Positions 44,279-56,033 of a stretch of 64,000 bases of DNA are shown one piece after another. The position numbers were made by a program, and so were the translations under genes. Under the pieces are notes generated by a model. The model was not told the DNA's origin. It worked only from the letters and a program-made list of their open reading frames with translations, and ran no database searches. Source of the DNA: an uncultured Chloroflexia bacterium. Its GTDB lineage: Bacteria; Chloroflexota; Limnocylindria; Limnocylindrales; CSP1-4. Within the stretch, counting starts at the first letter, position 1. The number at the start of each line of letters is the position of its first letter. The stretch is from the NCBI GenBank assembly GCA_963813335.1, contig CAWEYL010000001.1, forward strand, positions 384,001 through 448,000, given 5' to 3'.

Positions 44279-45342
44279 GATCCGAACCCGCCGTCGAGCA
44301 TGATCGCGAAGACCATCGCCGACCCGATGGCCAGCACCGCCCCGAGCAGCCCGACGAGGAAGCGGTCCTGTTGGCGCTCGGCGGCGGCGCCCGGGCTGCC
44401 GTAGGCGATCAGGAGCGGGCCATCGGGCACGGCCGCCACCACGAGCGTGTCGGGCGCGATCGCGAACGTGCGCTCCACCCGCGCCGCCTCCGCGGCGTCC
44501 CCGAGCGGCAGCGGGTCGGCCGCGGGGTCGATCGTCGCCGGCCGGACCGGGCGACCGATCCCGAACCCGGGGATCGCGGCATTCCCCCAGGCCTCGGCCG
44601 GGTCGTCGGCCAGGGCACCAGCCTCACGCGCCTCGGCGAGGTCCATCGCGACGTCGGGATCGTCCGCCAGGCCGTCCGACCCCAGGCCGACGTCGGCGCC
44701 GGCCGGGTCGCCCACGTCGCCGAAGGGGAGCGCCTGGCCGACGATCGTGATGAGGTCGCCCGGCTCGAGCCGCGACTCCCGATAGCCGCGGGCGCGCCCG
44801 CCCGTCGTCAGGAACGCGGGATCCGCCGAGCCCTCCGGTACGCGGACCCGCAGCAGGTCCTCGATCTGCGCGGCCGTGTCGGGCTCGGCGGCGCGGAACG
44901 CGCCACCGCTGCGCAGCGCCAGCCCGGCCGGCGGCTCGCCGAACGTGCCGGACCTATCGCCCCAGCGCTCGGGCGCATCGATGTGCGCGCCACGTGGGAA
45001 GACGCGCAGGTCGCCCGAGCCGTCGCGGATGCGGAAGCCCACGGCGCGCTCCTCGACGAGGCCGCCGCCGGTCGCGGTCCCGTCGTCGCCGTCGTCGATG
45101 ACCGCGCGGTAGTAGACGCACGGCACGCTCTGGAGCAGCGAGACCAGCGTCACCTCGGCCGGTTCGATCGTCCCGCTGACGCGGACCTCGCCGGCCGCGA
45201 TCGAGGCGATCGCCGAGGTCGACGTGTCGGCGATCCGGGTGGCCATCCCGCGCCCGCGCATCCCGCGGCCGAGAAGCGCCAGGCCGCCGGCGACCCCCAC
45301 CGCGGACACCGCCGCGACCGACGGGATGAAGGTGACGTCCAC
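44275..45342 (-). CDS. GIDE-like membrane protein (LemA partner)
   Basis: TMs at both ends; IADTSTSAIAS..GEVRVSG; PCVYYR; RESRLEPGD. Confidence 0.6.
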   Translation of the reverse strand: MDVTFIPSVAAVSAVGVAGGLALLGRGMRGRGMATRIADTSTSAIASIAAGEVRVSGTIEPAEVTLVSLLQSVPCVYYRAVIDDGDDGTATGGGLVEERAVGFRIRDGSGDLRVFPRGAHIDAPERWGDRSGTFGEPPAGLALRSGGAFRAAEPDTAAQIEDLLRVRVPEGSADPAFLTTGGRARGYRESRLEPGDLITIVGQALPFGDVGDPAGADVGLGSDGLADDPDVAMDLAEAREAGALADDPAEAWGNAAIPGFGIGRPVRPATIDPAADPLPLGDAAEAARVERTFAIAPDTLVVAAVPDGPLLIAYGSPGAAAERQQDRFLVGLLGAVLAIGSAMVFAIMLDGGFGS

Positions 45343-45495
45343 CCGGCCATCGTACGGGAGCGGACGGCCCGGATGGGGCGGTGCGGCGCGGCCCCGGCGA
45401 GTCGGCCATCCATGACGCCGCCGCGATCCTCGTGTGCTAGCCTCGGCCCCGGATACGACGAGGGCCAGTCCTCACCAGCCGATGGAGGGTCGCCG

Positions 45496-45990
45496 ATGCG
45501 GTTGAGCGAATGGAGCGACGCGGCGCCGCGGCAGAACGCCATGACCCCCAAGGTCACGGCCACCATCCAGAGCGCCCTCGAGCTGCTGGGCGCCGAGCCC
45601 GACCCGGAATGCTGGGTCGCCTGGGGCGAGGACCCGACCGTCCGCTACCTCATCTTCGTCGTGACCGCCGCCGGCATCCTGCAGGTCAACGTCCGGGTCA
45701 ACGTGCCGGGGGAGGGGCCGCGGGCCTCGGGCAAGCTCGTCCGCTGGAACCGCATCCAGATCGGCGAGCTCGCGGTCGAGATCCAGGGCGGTCACCGGCT
45801 GCTCAACTTCCAGCTCGAAGGCGTCCTCCTCCGCGGCCAGGACGACAGCGCCGACGACGTCGGCGAATTCGCGCAGGCCGTCTTCTTCGCCATGGACAAG
45901 ACGGGCCGTTCCGCCGACGGCGCCGACGAGGCCCCCACTCGTCGTGGCCCGCCGCCGATCCCGCAGTTGCCCCCGCCCAACCCGACGTGA
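45496..45990 (+). CDS. Hypothetical protein
   Basis: GGAGG SD; coding bias; GTGA overlap with the next gene. Confidence 0.65.
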   Translation: MRLSEWSDAAPRQNAMTPKVTATIQSALELLGAEPDPECWVAWGEDPTVRYLIFVVTAAGILQVNVRVNVPGEGPRASGKLVRWNRIQIGELAVEIQGGHRLLNFQLEGVLLRGQDDSADDVGEFAQAVFFAMDKTGRSADGADEAPTRRGPPPIPQLPPPNPT

Positions 45991-46661
45991 CCCGCGTCGC
46001 CGCGGTCATCTTCGACCTCGATGGTGTGCTCGTGGACTCCGAGATCTGGTGGGACGAGATCCGCACCGGCTTCGCCCGGCGACATGGCCGGGCGTGGACC
46101 GGCGAGGACCAGGCGGCGGTGATGGGCGCGAACTCGGCGGGGTGGGCGCGGATCATGCGCGAGCGCCTGGACCTGGACCTGCCCGAGCCGGAGATCGAGC
46201 AGGAGATCGTGGACGCCGTCGTCGCCCGCTACCGGACGGAGGGCGCCCCGCGCATCGATGGCGCGGTCGATGCGGTCCGCCGGATCGCGGCGGACCGGCC
46301 GGTCGCCGTGGCGTCATCGGCGCATGGCGCGGTCATCGAGGCGGCCCTCGCCGCGACAGGCCTGGCCGAGGTCTTCGAGGTCGTGGTCTCCTCGGACGAG
46401 GTCGCCCATGGCAAGCCGGCCCCGGACGTCTATCTCGAGGCGGCACGGCGGTTGGGGGTCGACCCGACGAGCTGCCTGGTGGTCGAGGACTCGAGGAACG
46501 GTGTCGCCGCGGCGCGAGCGGCGGGCATGACCGTCGTGCTCGTCCCGAACGACAGCGTCCCGCCGGCGGCCGGCACCGCGGACCTCGCCGACGTCGTCAT
46601 CCAGCGGCTCGCCGACCTCGACCCCGATGCCGTCGAGCGCCGCGTCGTGGCGGGGCGATGA
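45987..46661 (+). CDS. HAD-family phosphatase
   Basis: FDLDGVLVDSE, GKPAPDVY, VEDSRNG. Confidence 0.9.
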   Translation: MTRVAAVIFDLDGVLVDSEIWWDEIRTGFARRHGRAWTGEDQAAVMGANSAGWARIMRERLDLDLPEPEIEQEIVDAVVARYRTEGAPRIDGAVDAVRRIAADRPVAVASSAHGAVIEAALAATGLAEVFEVVVSSDEVAHGKPAPDVYLEAARRLGVDPTSCLVVEDSRNGVAAARAAGMTVVLVPNDSVPPAAGTADLADVVIQRLADLDPDAVERRVVAGR

Positions 46662-47434
46662 GCGCCGATCGGCCCCCGGCCGGTGCGGCGGTCCACCCGA
46701 TCCGCCGCTCGATCCGCTACTACATCGCCCGGATCGCGGCGTCGGCGATGACCCGGGCCTGGATGCGGCCGCGCCTCGAGGGGCGCGAGCGGCTCCCGGC
46801 AGGCCCAGCCATCTACTGCTTCAACCACATGAGCTGGTCGGACCCGTTCATGCTGATGGCGACGCTGCCCTGGCGGCCGCGCCTCTTCTTCTTCGGTCCG
46901 CGCGAGGAGGACATGCGCGTCGGCGGCCGGAACCGGGTGATGTTCTGGACCGGCACCGCGATCCCGTACAAGCCGGGCAAGAACGACCTCCTCGAGGCGA
47001 CGCGGCGCGTCGGCGCCGCGATCGAGGGCGGCGGGGTCGTGGCGATCGCGGGCGAGGGTCGGATCCATCCCGGCGAGACCGACCTCCTCCCGCTGAGCGA
47101 GGGCGCCGCCTACTTCGCCATCCGCTCGGGCGTCCCGCTGGTCCCGCTCGCCATCAGCGGCACGAGCTGGCTGCGCTTCGGCGGGCGCGTCCGCGTCGTG
47201 GTGGGGGAGCCCTTCGCCGTCAGCGGGCGGCCGACCCGCGAGGCCATCGACACCCTGACCGCCGAGCTGTGGACCCGGCTGCACGACCTCGTCCGCGACG
47301 CCCCGCCGGTGGCGCCACCGGGCCGCATCGGCCGCTGGCTGACCGAGCAGTTCAACGAGTGGCCCGAGGGCTCCCGCGAGGCGGCCCAGGCGGCCTCCAC
47401 GCCCGATCGGGCGGACGCTCCCACCGCCGCCTGA
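46658..47434 (+). CDS. Lysophospholipid acyltransferase (PlsC-like)
   Basis: NHMSWSD, AGEGRI, VPLVP. Confidence 0.85.
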   Translation: MSADRPPAGAAVHPIRRSIRYYIARIAASAMTRAWMRPRLEGRERLPAGPAIYCFNHMSWSDPFMLMATLPWRPRLFFFGPREEDMRVGGRNRVMFWTGTAIPYKPGKNDLLEATRRVGAAIEGGGVVAIAGEGRIHPGETDLLPLSEGAAYFAIRSGVPLVPLAISGTSWLRFGGRVRVVVGEPFAVSGRPTREAIDTLTAELWTRLHDLVRDAPPVAPPGRIGRWLTEQFNEWPEGSREAAQAASTPDRADAPTAA

Positions 47435-47485
47435 CGGGCGCGCTCTGGCATACTTCGGGCCGTTGACGCAGGCACAGGAGGGACC

Positions 47486-47851
47486 GTGGGCGCTACCGGG
47501 CTGTCGGGTGATCCGGCCGAATACCGCACCCGCCTCCTCGACCAGAGCGATGGCCAGATCGACGCCTGGGCCGCCGAGACGATGCGCGACGTGGCGATCC
47601 GCCGCGGCGTGATCCGCGTCGTCGAGGACTTCCGCCGGGCGGCCCGTCTCGACGAGCCAGGTTTCGAACGGGTGTTCGCTTCCGGTGGCGGCCCGCCAGC
47701 GAGCATCGGCCGCGACCGCGACGGCAACCTGATGGTGCCGGCGATCGCCCTCCACGCCCTCGTCCCGGGCATCCATGCCCAGGTCAAGGACGGCCGTGAC
47801 CGCCTCGTCGAGTACCTCGTCGAGAACTTCGAGGAGATCGTCTACGTCTGA
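47486..47851 (+). CDS. Hypothetical protein
   Basis: AGGAGG SD; coding bias. Confidence 0.65.
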   Translation: MGATGLSGDPAEYRTRLLDQSDGQIDAWAAETMRDVAIRRGVIRVVEDFRRAARLDEPGFERVFASGGGPPASIGRDRDGNLMVPAIALHALVPGIHAQVKDGRDRLVEYLVENFEEIVYV

Positions 47852-48737
47852 GGCGCCTCGAGCGCCTCGGCCGGGGGAGCCGTCCCTCGCCGGCCGCCTT
47901 GCCGGCTGGGTCCGCCTCGCCCACCCGTTCCCGTCGCTGCTCGACGGTCTCGCCACGGCGGCGATCGCGCTGGTGGCCGCCGGGGAGGCCCCGACGGCCG
48001 TCCGCCTCGGCGTCTCGATGACGGCGCTGCAGGCGTCGATCGGGATCCTCAACGACGTGGTCGATGCGCCGCGTGACGCCGGGCACAAGCCGTCGAAGCC
48101 GATCCCGGCCGGGCTCGTCGACCCGGGTCGGGCCAGGGGCGGGCTCCTGGTCGCGGCCGGCGCAGGACTGACGCTGGCCGTCCCCTCCGGGCCGGCGGTC
48201 GCCGCCCTCGCGGCCCTCATCCTCGCGATCGGATACGCCTACGACCTCCGGCTCAAGGGGACGCCCTGGTCGTGGGCGCCGTTCGCGGTCGGCATCCCGC
48301 TCCTCCCGGTCTTCGCCTGGCTCGGGGCGACCGGCACGCTGCCGCCGTTCATGGGCCGGCTGGTGGTCGCGGCCGTGCTCGCCGGGGCCGCTTTGGCGAT
48401 CGGAAACGCACGGGCGGACGCGGAGCGCGACCTCGCGGCGGGTGCCCGCTCCGTGGCGACCGAGCTCGGGCTCGGGCGCTCGTGGTGGCTCGGGCTTGGC
48501 CTGGTGGTCGCGATCCTCGCCGTGGCGGTGGGTCCGGTGGCCGACAGCGTGTCGGCCTGGTCCGCCCCGGCGCTTCCCCTGGCCGGGGTCGTCGCCGGAG
48601 CAGGGCTCCTCCTCGCCGGGGTCGCCGTCGGCCGTCGCGGGAGCCCCGCCCGGCGAGAACGGGCGTGGGAGCTCCAGGCCGTGGGGATCGCGTTGCTCGC
48701 GGTGGGCTGGCTGGGCGTGGTCACCGCCCAGTCCTGA
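47844..48737 (+). CDS. UbiA-family prenyltransferase (start uncertain, possibly ACG)
   Basis: LNDVVDAPRD..KPIPAG, YDLRLK, NARADAERD; multi-TM. Confidence 0.8.
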   Translation, partial: TSEAPRAPRPGEPSLAGRLAGWVRLAHPFPSLLDGLATAAIALVAAGEAPTAVRLGVSMTALQASIGILNDVVDAPRDAGHKPSKPIPAGLVDPGRARGGLLVAAGAGLTLAVPSGPAVAALAALILAIGYAYDLRLKGTPWSWAPFAVGIPLLPVFAWLGATGTLPPFMGRLVVAAVLAGAALAIGNARADAERDLAAGARSVATELGLGRSWWLGLGLVVAILAVAVGPVADSVSAWSAPALPLAGVVAGAGLLLAGVAVGRRGSPARRERAWELQAVGIALLAVGWLGVVTAQS

Positions 48738-48741
48738 GCGA

Positions 48742-49779
48742 TCAGCCCGGCTCGTCGCTCCGGACCATGGCGATCACGTTCTCCAGCTTGAGCTTGGAGA
48801 TCGTCAGGTACTTCGCGAGGTTCGCCCGGTCGGTGGACGGGATCGAATGCCGGACCGTCGGATCGCGCAGCACGTCGACCAGCTCTTCCACGGCCTCGCC
48901 GAGGCGCTGCTTGGCGTCGACCAGTGAGTTCTCGCCGATCGGCTGGCGGGCCGCGGGCGACCAGTCCTCGGCGGCGGCCGGCGCGGGCGCGGGCGCGGCG
49001 GCCGCGACGGGAGCCTCGACCGCCACCTCGTCCCTGACGGTCGCCGGCTCGTCGGCCGGCTCGTCGTGGACCGGCCGGGTGCGCCGGCCCTCGATCTTGT
49101 CGCGGAGCTTGATGAGCGTCAGCTCGCCGCGGGCGACCTGGGCGGCCAGCCGTCGTCGCTTGCGCGGGTCGTCGACCTTCATCAGCTCGTAGGCGTGCGA
49201 CAGCGTGTCTTTGCGCAAGGACACCAGCTCGCGAACCTCGGGCGGGGCGTCCGCGAGGCGCAGGCGGTTCTCGAGATAGCCCTTGTCCTTGCCGAGCTTG
49301 TCCGCCAGCTTGCGGATGCTGTAGCCGTGCTCGCGGACCATGCGGTCGTACATCGCCGCTTCGTCGAGCGGCGAGAGGTCCTCGCGCTGGAGGTTCTCGA
49401 TGATGGCGATCTCCAGCGCCGTGTCGTCGTCGATCTCCTCGATGAGCGCCGGGATGGTATCGAGGCCCGCGATGCGGGAGGCGCGCCAGCGGCGCTCGCC
49501 GGCGATCAGCTGGAACCGCGTGGCGTCGAGGGGACGGACGAGGATCGGCTGGAGCACGCCGTGCTCGCGGATGGACGCCGCCAGCTCGTCGAGCGTCGCC
49601 TGGTCGAACGCGAGGCGCGGCTGCTCGGGGTTCGGCTCGATGCGATCGATGGCGACGATCCGCACACCGACCGACCGGACGGGTCCGTCGGACCCGAGCA
49701 GGCTGATGATGGCGGGGGAGAGCTCCCGATCTTCGGACAGTCGCCGCGCGGCCGCGGCTCGGAAATCAGGCCGGGACAA
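48742..49779 (-). CDS. parB: ParB/Spo0J partition protein
   Basis: [34 protein letters not shown]. Confidence 0.92.
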   Translation of the reverse strand: MSRPDFRAAAARRLSEDRELSPAIISLLGSDGPVRSVGVRIVAIDRIEPNPEQPRLAFDQATLDELAASIREHGVLQPILVRPLDATRFQLIAGERRWRASRIAGLDTIPALIEEIDDDTALEIAIIENLQREDLSPLDEAAMYDRMVREHGYSIRKLADKLGKDKGYLENRLRLADAPPEVRELVSLRKDTLSHAYELMKVDDPRKRRRLAAQVARGELTLIKLRDKIEGRRTRPVHDEPADEPATVRDEVAVEAPVAAAAPAPAPAAAEDWSPAARQPIGENSLVDAKQRLGEAVEELVDVLRDPTVRHSIPSTDRANLAKYLTISKLKLENVIAMVRSDEPG

Positions 49780-50536
49780 GGTCGATCACCTCCCGTGCCA
49801 GCTCGCGGTAGGTGCGAGCCGCATCGCTCGACGTCGCGTACGACGTGATGGGCCGTCCGACGAGGGGTGCCTCGCCCAGCTTCACCGTGTTGCGGACGAT
49901 GCTGTTGAAGACGTGGTGATCGCCGACGACGCGCAGCTCGTCGAGCATGTCGCGCGCGAGATTGGTCCGGCCGTCGAAGAACGTCGGCAGGAGACCGAGG
50001 ATGCGCAGGTCGCGATTCAGCTTGACCCGGATCAGGTTGATCACCTTGACCAGGTTGTTGAGCCCCTTCATCGCGTAGTACTGCGTCTGGACCGGGATGA
50101 TCACCCCGTTCGCCGCGACGAGGCCGTTCACGGTCAGCAGCCCAAGGTTCGGCGGGCAGTCGATCAGCACGTACTCGTAGTCGCTGACGTGACCGTCGAG
50201 CGCTTCGCGCAGGATCTGCTCGCGACCGAGCGCCGTGAAGAGCTCGCCTTCCGTCGAGGCCAGGTCGATGTGCGCCGGTGCGACATCGATCCCGGCGATC
50301 TCGGTCGGCAGGATCACCTCTTCCAGGCTGGACCGGCCATCCGCGAGGACGTCGGCCATGGACCGCTCGACGGTGTTGAGGTTGATGCCGAGGCCAGCGG
50401 TGAGGTTTGCCTGCGGATCCATGTCGATGCACAGGACCCGATGGCCCTCTTCGGCTAGCGCACCGGCCAGGTTGATCGCGGTGGTCGTCTTGCCGACGCC
50501 GCCCTTCTGGTTCGCGATCGCGATCACGTTCGTCAC
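49766..50536 (-). CDS. parA: ParA/Soj ATPase
   Basis: [25 protein letters not shown]. Confidence 0.95.
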   Translation of the reverse strand: MTNVIAIANQKGGVGKTTTAINLAGALAEEGHRVLCIDMDPQANLTAGLGINLNTVERSMADVLADGRSSLEEVILPTEIAGIDVAPAHIDLASTEGELFTALGREQILREALDGHVSDYEYVLIDCPPNLGLLTVNGLVAANGVIIPVQTQYYAMKGLNNLVKVINLIRVKLNRDLRILGLLPTFFDGRTNLARDMLDELRVVGDHHVFNSIVRNTVKLGEAPLVGRPITSYATSSDAARTYRELAREVIDLVPA

Positions 50537-50620
50537 CGGGGCATCACCTCGAATCGATCGTCCGTCGGCATCCCGCGTCAGCGGGGAAGGGGAAGCGTGC
50601 GCGCCATCCTACGCCCTTCA

Positions 50621-50698
50621 TGTGGCTAACGCGACCCGGGTTATCCACAGCATCGCAGAGTTGTTCACCGAATCTGTGGATATCCGCCATGTGGAGAA
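50621..50698. promoter_or_regulatory. Cluster of five DnaA-box-like 9-mers
   Basis: TGTGGCTAA 50621, TTATCCACA 50641, TTGTTCACC 50661, TGTGGATAT 50675, TGTGGAGAA 50690. Confidence 0.7.
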
Positions 50699-50778
50699 CC
50701 GGACCCGGATGGCGCCGCCGCGCCGGTATGATGGCGACTGTCCTTGCGCAAAGACGCCAGATGGGAGCGGACCGAGCC

Positions 50779-52320
50779 GTGTCTGACAACGACGAACGAC
50801 TCCACCGACTCGACGCGACGCGCCGGCAGTCCATGCTCGGTGGCGGGACCGAACGCATCGAGCGCCAGCACGCCGCCGGCAAGCTGACGGCACGCGAGCG
50901 ACTCGAGCTGCTCCTCGACGCTGGCTCGTTCGTCGAATTCGACGCGTTCGTCACCAGCCACGACCGCGATCCCGACGCGATCCTCGGCGATGGCGTCGTC
51001 ACAGGGCATGGGACGATCGATGGTCGACTCGTCTTCGTCTTCAGCCAGGACTTCACGGTCTTCGGTGGGTCGCTGGCGGAAGCGCACGCCGGCAAGATCT
51101 GCAAGATCATGGACATGGCGATGAAGGTCGGTGCGCCGATCGTCGGCCTCGACGATTCCGGCGGCGCTCGCATCCAGGAGGGCGTCGCGTCGCTCGGTGG
51201 TTACGCGGAGATCTTCCTGCGCAACGTGATGGCGTCGGGCGTCGTCCCGCAGATCTCGGTGATCCTCGGCCCGTGCGCCGGTGGCGCCGTCTACTCGCCC
51301 GCGATGACGGACTTCACGATCATGGTGGAAGGCACCTCGTACATGTTCGTCACCGGTCCCAGCGTCGTGAAGGCCGTGACCAACGAGGACGTCGACGCCG
51401 AGTTCCTGGGCGGTGCGGTGACGCATACGACGCGCAGCGGTGTGGCCCACCTCGCGGCCCGTGATGAGGCGACCGCGTTCGACCAGGTCCGTGCCCTCCT
51501 GGCCCACTTGCCCCAGAACAACCTTGCCGACCCTGTCGTCGTGGCATCAGACGACCCGGCGGATCGCGCGGATGGCGGACTCGACGCGATCATCCCGGCC
51601 GACGCACGCCATGCCTACGACATGCACGAGGTGCTGTCGCGCATCGTCGACGACGGGGACCTGCTCGAGATCCAGCCGGGTTGGGCGGCCAACATCATCG
51701 TGGGTTTCGCACGGCTCGGCGGTCGCAGCGTCGGCATCGTGGCGCAGCAGCCATCGGTGCTCGCCGGCGCGCTCGACATCGACGCATCGGTGAAGGCGGC
51801 GCGGTTCGTGCGCACCTGCGATGCGTTCAACGTGCCGATCGTCACGTTCGTGGACGTCCCCGGCTTCCTGCCCGGCGTCAGCCAGGAGCACGGCGGGATC
51901 ATCCGCCACGGCGCGAAGCTGCTGTATGCGTATTGCGAAGCCACCGTCCCGAAACTGACCGTCATCACGCGGAAGGCGTACGGCGGTGCCTACGACGTCA
52001 TGAGCAGCAAGCACATCCGCGGTGACGTCAACCTGGCCTGGCCCACGGCGGAGATCGCCGTCATGGGCGCCGAGGGCGCGGTGAACATCCTCTACCGCGA
52101 CGAGATCGCGGCCGCGGCGGATCCAGCGGCCGAGCACGCCCGGCTCGCGGCCGCCTACGAGGCGGACGCCCTGGATCCCTACATCGCGGCCGGGCGCGGC
52201 TACGTCGACGACATCATCAGGCCGTCCGAGACGCGCTCCCGCCTGGTCCGCGCGCTGGCCATGCTCGCCGACAAGCGCGACACGAATCCCCGGAAGAAGC
52301 ATGGCAACATCCCGCTCTGA
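50779..52320 (+). CDS. pccB: Propionyl-CoA carboxylase carboxyltransferase subunit
   Basis: [43 protein letters not shown]. Confidence 0.92.
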   Translation: MSDNDERLHRLDATRRQSMLGGGTERIERQHAAGKLTARERLELLLDAGSFVEFDAFVTSHDRDPDAILGDGVVTGHGTIDGRLVFVFSQDFTVFGGSLAEAHAGKICKIMDMAMKVGAPIVGLDDSGGARIQEGVASLGGYAEIFLRNVMASGVVPQISVILGPCAGGAVYSPAMTDFTIMVEGTSYMFVTGPSVVKAVTNEDVDAEFLGGAVTHTTRSGVAHLAARDEATAFDQVRALLAHLPQNNLADPVVVASDDPADRADGGLDAIIPADARHAYDMHEVLSRIVDDGDLLEIQPGWAANIIVGFARLGGRSVGIVAQQPSVLAGALDIDASVKAARFVRTCDAFNVPIVTFVDVPGFLPGVSQEHGGIIRHGAKLLYAYCEATVPKLTVITRKAYGGAYDVMSSKHIRGDVNLAWPTAEIAVMGAEGAVNILYRDEIAAAADPAAEHARLAAAYEADALDPYIAAGRGYVDDIIRPSETRSRLVRALAMLADKRDTNPRKKHGNIPL

Positions 52321-53878
52321 CGCGGGGGCGCTCCACGACCCGTCTTTGCACAAAGACGGCCGGCCGTTCCAACGGGTCCTCATCGCCAACCGCGGCGAGA
52401 TCGCCATCCGGATCATCCGGGCCTGTCGCGAGCTGGGGATCGAGACGGTGGCGGTGTTCAGCGACGCGGATGCCGGTGCGATGCACGTCCGTCTCGCCGA
52501 CACCGCGGTCAGGCTCGGGCCTGCTCCCGCCGCCGAGAGCTACCTGCGGATCGACGCCCTCCTCGAGGCGGCGGCCTCGACCGGTGCCCAGGCCGTCCAT
52601 CCGGGATACGGGTTCCTCGCCGAGCGGGCGGCATTCGCCCGGGCCGTCACCGGGGCCGGGCTGGTCTTCGTCGGACCGACCGCCGAGGTCATCGCGACCC
52701 TGGGCGACAAGCTGGGTGCGCGGCGGCTCGCGCGCAGCGTCGGGGTCGAGACGGTCCCAGGGACGCTGGACGCCGCGCCGGTCGACCGGCCCGACGCGGT
52801 GGCGGCCGTCGTCGCCGAAGCCGAGGCGATCGGCTTCCCGCTGCTCGTGAAGGCGGCCGCCGGCGGCGGGGGACGAGGCATGCGCCGCGTCGAGCGGGCC
52901 GTGGACCTGCCAGCCGCGCTGGCGACCGCGTCGGCCGAGGCCGCGAGCGGCTTCGGCGACGGGACGGTCTACCTCGAACGGGAGGTCCGCCCGGCACGAC
53001 ACGTCGAGGTCCAGCTGCTCGGCGACGCGAGCGGAGCCGTCGTGGCCATCGGCGAGCGCGACTGCTCGATCCAGCGCCGCCACCAGAAGCTCGTCGAGGA
53101 GGCGCCGGCGCCGGGGCTCACCCGCGAGGCACGCCTGGCCCTGCACGACCGCGCGGTCCGCATCGCCTCGGCCGCAGGCCTGACCAACGCGGCGACCGCG
53201 GAATTCCTGCTCGAGCCCGGCGGCGCGGTCTGGTTCCTCGAGGTCAACACGCGCCTCCAGGTCGAGCACGGGGTCACCGAGCTCGTGAGCGGGCTGGACA
53301 TCGTCCGCGAGCAGCTCTGGCTGGCGGGGGGCCGGCCCCTGTCCGAGGCGGCCCGTGGCGCCGCGGCCGGGGCAGGGGACCCGACGAGGCATGCCATCGA
53401 GGTCCGCCTGACCGCCGAGGACCCGGGCCGAGGCTTCGCGCCGACGCCCGGCACGATCCGGCACTGGGCGATGCCGTCCGGCCCGGACGTCCGGGTCGAC
53501 ACGGCGGGCGAGGTGGGCGCTCGCGTGCCGCCCGACTATGACAACCTCGTGGCCAAGCTCATGGTCGTCGCGAGCGACCGGCCAGCCGCCATCGAGCGCC
53601 TCCGGACGGCGCTCGATGCGACCGAGGTCGCGGGGATCCAGACGACGCTCCCGTTCCATCGGTTCGTGGCTGGCGCCCCGGCGTTCCGGGAGGCGGACCT
53701 CTCGATCGACTGGGTCGAGGCGAACTGGGACGGCGAGGCGGCCCGTCTGGCCGCGCTGCGGGCCGCGGTCGACGCGGCCGCTGCCGCCTGGCGCCCCCCG
53801 CTGCCCGCGGCGACGCCTCGGGCGGCCGGCTGGCGGGCGGCGGCGCGAACGGATGCCGTCGACCGGTGGCCACGGTGA
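52301..53878 (+). CDS. Biotin carboxylase subunit
   Basis: [47 protein letters not shown]. Confidence 0.93.
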   Translation: MATSRSDAGALHDPSLHKDGRPFQRVLIANRGEIAIRIIRACRELGIETVAVFSDADAGAMHVRLADTAVRLGPAPAAESYLRIDALLEAAASTGAQAVHPGYGFLAERAAFARAVTGAGLVFVGPTAEVIATLGDKLGARRLARSVGVETVPGTLDAAPVDRPDAVAAVVAEAEAIGFPLLVKAAAGGGGRGMRRVERAVDLPAALATASAEAASGFGDGTVYLEREVRPARHVEVQLLGDASGAVVAIGERDCSIQRRHQKLVEEAPAPGLTREARLALHDRAVRIASAAGLTNAATAEFLLEPGGAVWFLEVNTRLQVEHGVTELVSGLDIVREQLWLAGGRPLSEAARGAAAGAGDPTRHAIEVRLTAEDPGRGFAPTPGTIRHWAMPSGPDVRVDTAGEVGARVPPDYDNLVAKLMVVASDRPAAIERLRTALDATEVAGIQTTLPFHRFVAGAPAFREADLSIDWVEANWDGEAARLAALRAAVDAAAAAWRPPLPAATPRAAGWRAAARTDAVDRWPR

Positions 53879-54330
53879 GGCGGCTCCGGGTGACGGACCG
53901 GGCGACCGGCACCGTCCTCGCCGAGGTGGACCCGGTCCGGGCCCCCGCCGGGACCCCGGGCGACCCGCCCCGACGTGCCCTGATCCTCCCGCTCGACGGC
54001 GGCGCCCTCGAGGTCGTGCTCGATGGCTGGCGGTTCGAGCTCGTGGTCGAGGACGCCGAGCAGGCGGACCTGCGCGACCGCGCCACGTCCTCTGCGAGCG
54101 CCGCGGCTCACGACGGGCCGCTCGACATCCGTGCCATCATCCCGGGACGGGTCGTCTCGGTGGCTGTCGTGGCCGGTGACTCGGTAGTCGCCGGCAGCCG
54201 GCTCCTCGCGGTCGAGGCGATGAAGATGGAGAACGATGTGCGTGCTCCGCGCGACGGGCTGGTCGAGCGAGTGGCCGTGGCCGCAGGCGAGACGGTCGAC
54301 CTTGGCGACCTGCTGGTGATCCTGCGATGA
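53866..54330 (+). CDS. Biotin carboxyl carrier protein
   Basis: EAMKMEN biotinylation motif. Confidence 0.9.
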   Translation: MATVRRLRVTDRATGTVLAEVDPVRAPAGTPGDPPRRALILPLDGGALEVVLDGWRFELVVEDAEQADLRDRATSSASAAAHDGPLDIRAIIPGRVVSVAVVAGDSVVAGSRLLAVEAMKMENDVRAPRDGLVERVAVAAGETVDLGDLLVILR

Positions 54331-56012
54331 GCGGCCGCGACCGCCCGACCGGCGAGGGGCAGGACGCCGCCCGGGAGCGCTGGCGGGCGACGCTCCGGGC
54401 CAAGGCGCTCGGCGCGGCCCCGGAGCGACGCGCGGTCTTCGAGACCTCGTCCGGGATCGAGGTCCGCGACGTCTACACCGCCGCGGACACGGCGGGTCTC
54501 GACGAGACCCGCGACCTCGGCCTGCCCGGCGAGTACCCGTTCACCCGGGGCGTCCAGCCGACGATGTACCGGAGCCGGTTCTGGACGATGCGCCAGTACG
54601 CCGGCTTCGCCACCGCGGAGGAGACCAACCGACGCTTCCGCTTCCTGCTCGACCAGGGCCAGACCGGGCTGTCCGTCGCCTTCGACCTGCCGACCCAGAT
54701 GGGCTACGACTCGGACGCCCGCGAGGCAGAAGGGGAGGTGGGCCGGGTCGGCGTGCCGATCTCGAGCCTCGTCGACATGGGCGTGCTGCTCGACGGGCTC
54801 CCGCTCGGCGAGGTCAGCACCTCGATGACCATCAACGCCACGGCGCCGATCCTGCTGGCCCTCTACGTGGCCGCCGCCGAGGCGCAGGGCGTCCCGCGCG
54901 AGCGGATCAGCGGGACCACCCAGAACGACATCCTCAAGGAGTACATCGCCCGGGGCACGTACATCTTCCCGCCGCGCCCCTCGATGCGCCTCGTGACCGA
55001 CGTCTTCGAGTTCTGCGCGACCGAGCTCCCCAGGTGGAACACCATCTCGATCTCGGGCTATCACATGCGCGAGGCCGGGGCGACGGCCGCGCAGGAGCTG
55101 GCCTTCACGCTGGCGGACGGGATCGCCTACGTCGAGGCGGCCGTGGCGCGCGGGCTCGACGTCGACGACTTCGCCGGGCGGCTCAGCTTCTTCTTCGCGG
55201 CCTGGTCGGAGCTGTTCGAGGAGGTCGCCAAGTTCCGCGTGGCCCGAAGGATGTGGGCGACGATCATGCGCGAGCGCTTCGGCGCATCGAACGCCCGTTC
55301 GCTTTTGTGCCGGTTCCACGTCCAGACGGCCGGGTCCAGCCTGACCGCGCAGTCGGTCGACAACAACGTCGTGCGGACCACGATCCAGGCGCTCTCCGCC
55401 GTGCTCGGCGGCGCCCAGAGCCTCCACACGAACGCCCGGGACGAGGCGCTCGCGCTGCCCACCGAGGAGGCCGCCCGCCTCGCCCTGCGGACCCAGCAGA
55501 TCATCGCCCACGAAGCGGGGGTGACCGAGACCCCCGACCCACTCGCCGGCTCGTACTACGTGGAATCGCTGACCAACGAGCTCGAAGCCGCCGCCTGGGC
55601 CTACCTCGACGAGATCGAGGCGATGGGCGGGACGCTCGTCGCCATCGAGCGCGGGTTCCAGCAGCGCGAGATCCAGGAGGCGGCCTACCGGGTGCAGCGA
55701 GCGATCGAATCGGGGGACCAGGTCGTGGTCGGCGTCAACCGGTTCCGCGACGACGAGGTCACCACCCCGCCGATCCACCACATCGACCCCGCCGGCGAGC
55801 GCCGCCAGATCGAGCGCGTCCGGCGCGTCCGGGCCGAGCGCTCGGCGCCCGATTGGGAGGCCGCGATGGCAGAGCTCGGCCGGGTCGCCGCGGGCGAGGG
55901 CAACCTGATGCCGTCGATCCTCGCCGCGGTCCGTGCCCATTCGACCGTCGGCGAGATCAGCGACCGGCTGCGGGTCGGCTGGGGCGAGCACCGCGAGCTC
56001 ATCACGGTCTGA
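54327..56012 (+). CDS. Methylmalonyl-CoA mutase substrate-binding subunit (no B12-binding domain)
   Basis: [40 protein letters not shown]. Confidence 0.93.
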   Translation: MSGRDRPTGEGQDAARERWRATLRAKALGAAPERRAVFETSSGIEVRDVYTAADTAGLDETRDLGLPGEYPFTRGVQPTMYRSRFWTMRQYAGFATAEETNRRFRFLLDQGQTGLSVAFDLPTQMGYDSDAREAEGEVGRVGVPISSLVDMGVLLDGLPLGEVSTSMTINATAPILLALYVAAAEAQGVPRERISGTTQNDILKEYIARGTYIFPPRPSMRLVTDVFEFCATELPRWNTISISGYHMREAGATAAQELAFTLADGIAYVEAAVARGLDVDDFAGRLSFFFAAWSELFEEVAKFRVARRMWATIMRERFGASNARSLLCRFHVQTAGSSLTAQSVDNNVVRTTIQALSAVLGGAQSLHTNARDEALALPTEEAARLALRTQQIIAHEAGVTETPDPLAGSYYVESLTNELEAAAWAYLDEIEAMGGTLVAIERGFQQREIQEAAYRVQRAIESGDQVVVGVNRFRDDEVTTPPIHHIDPAGERRQIERVRRVRAERSAPDWEAAMAELGRVAAGEGNLMPSILAAVRAHSTVGEISDRLRVGWGEHRELITV

Positions 56013-56033
56013 CGAGGAGCGTACGCTGCCGCC

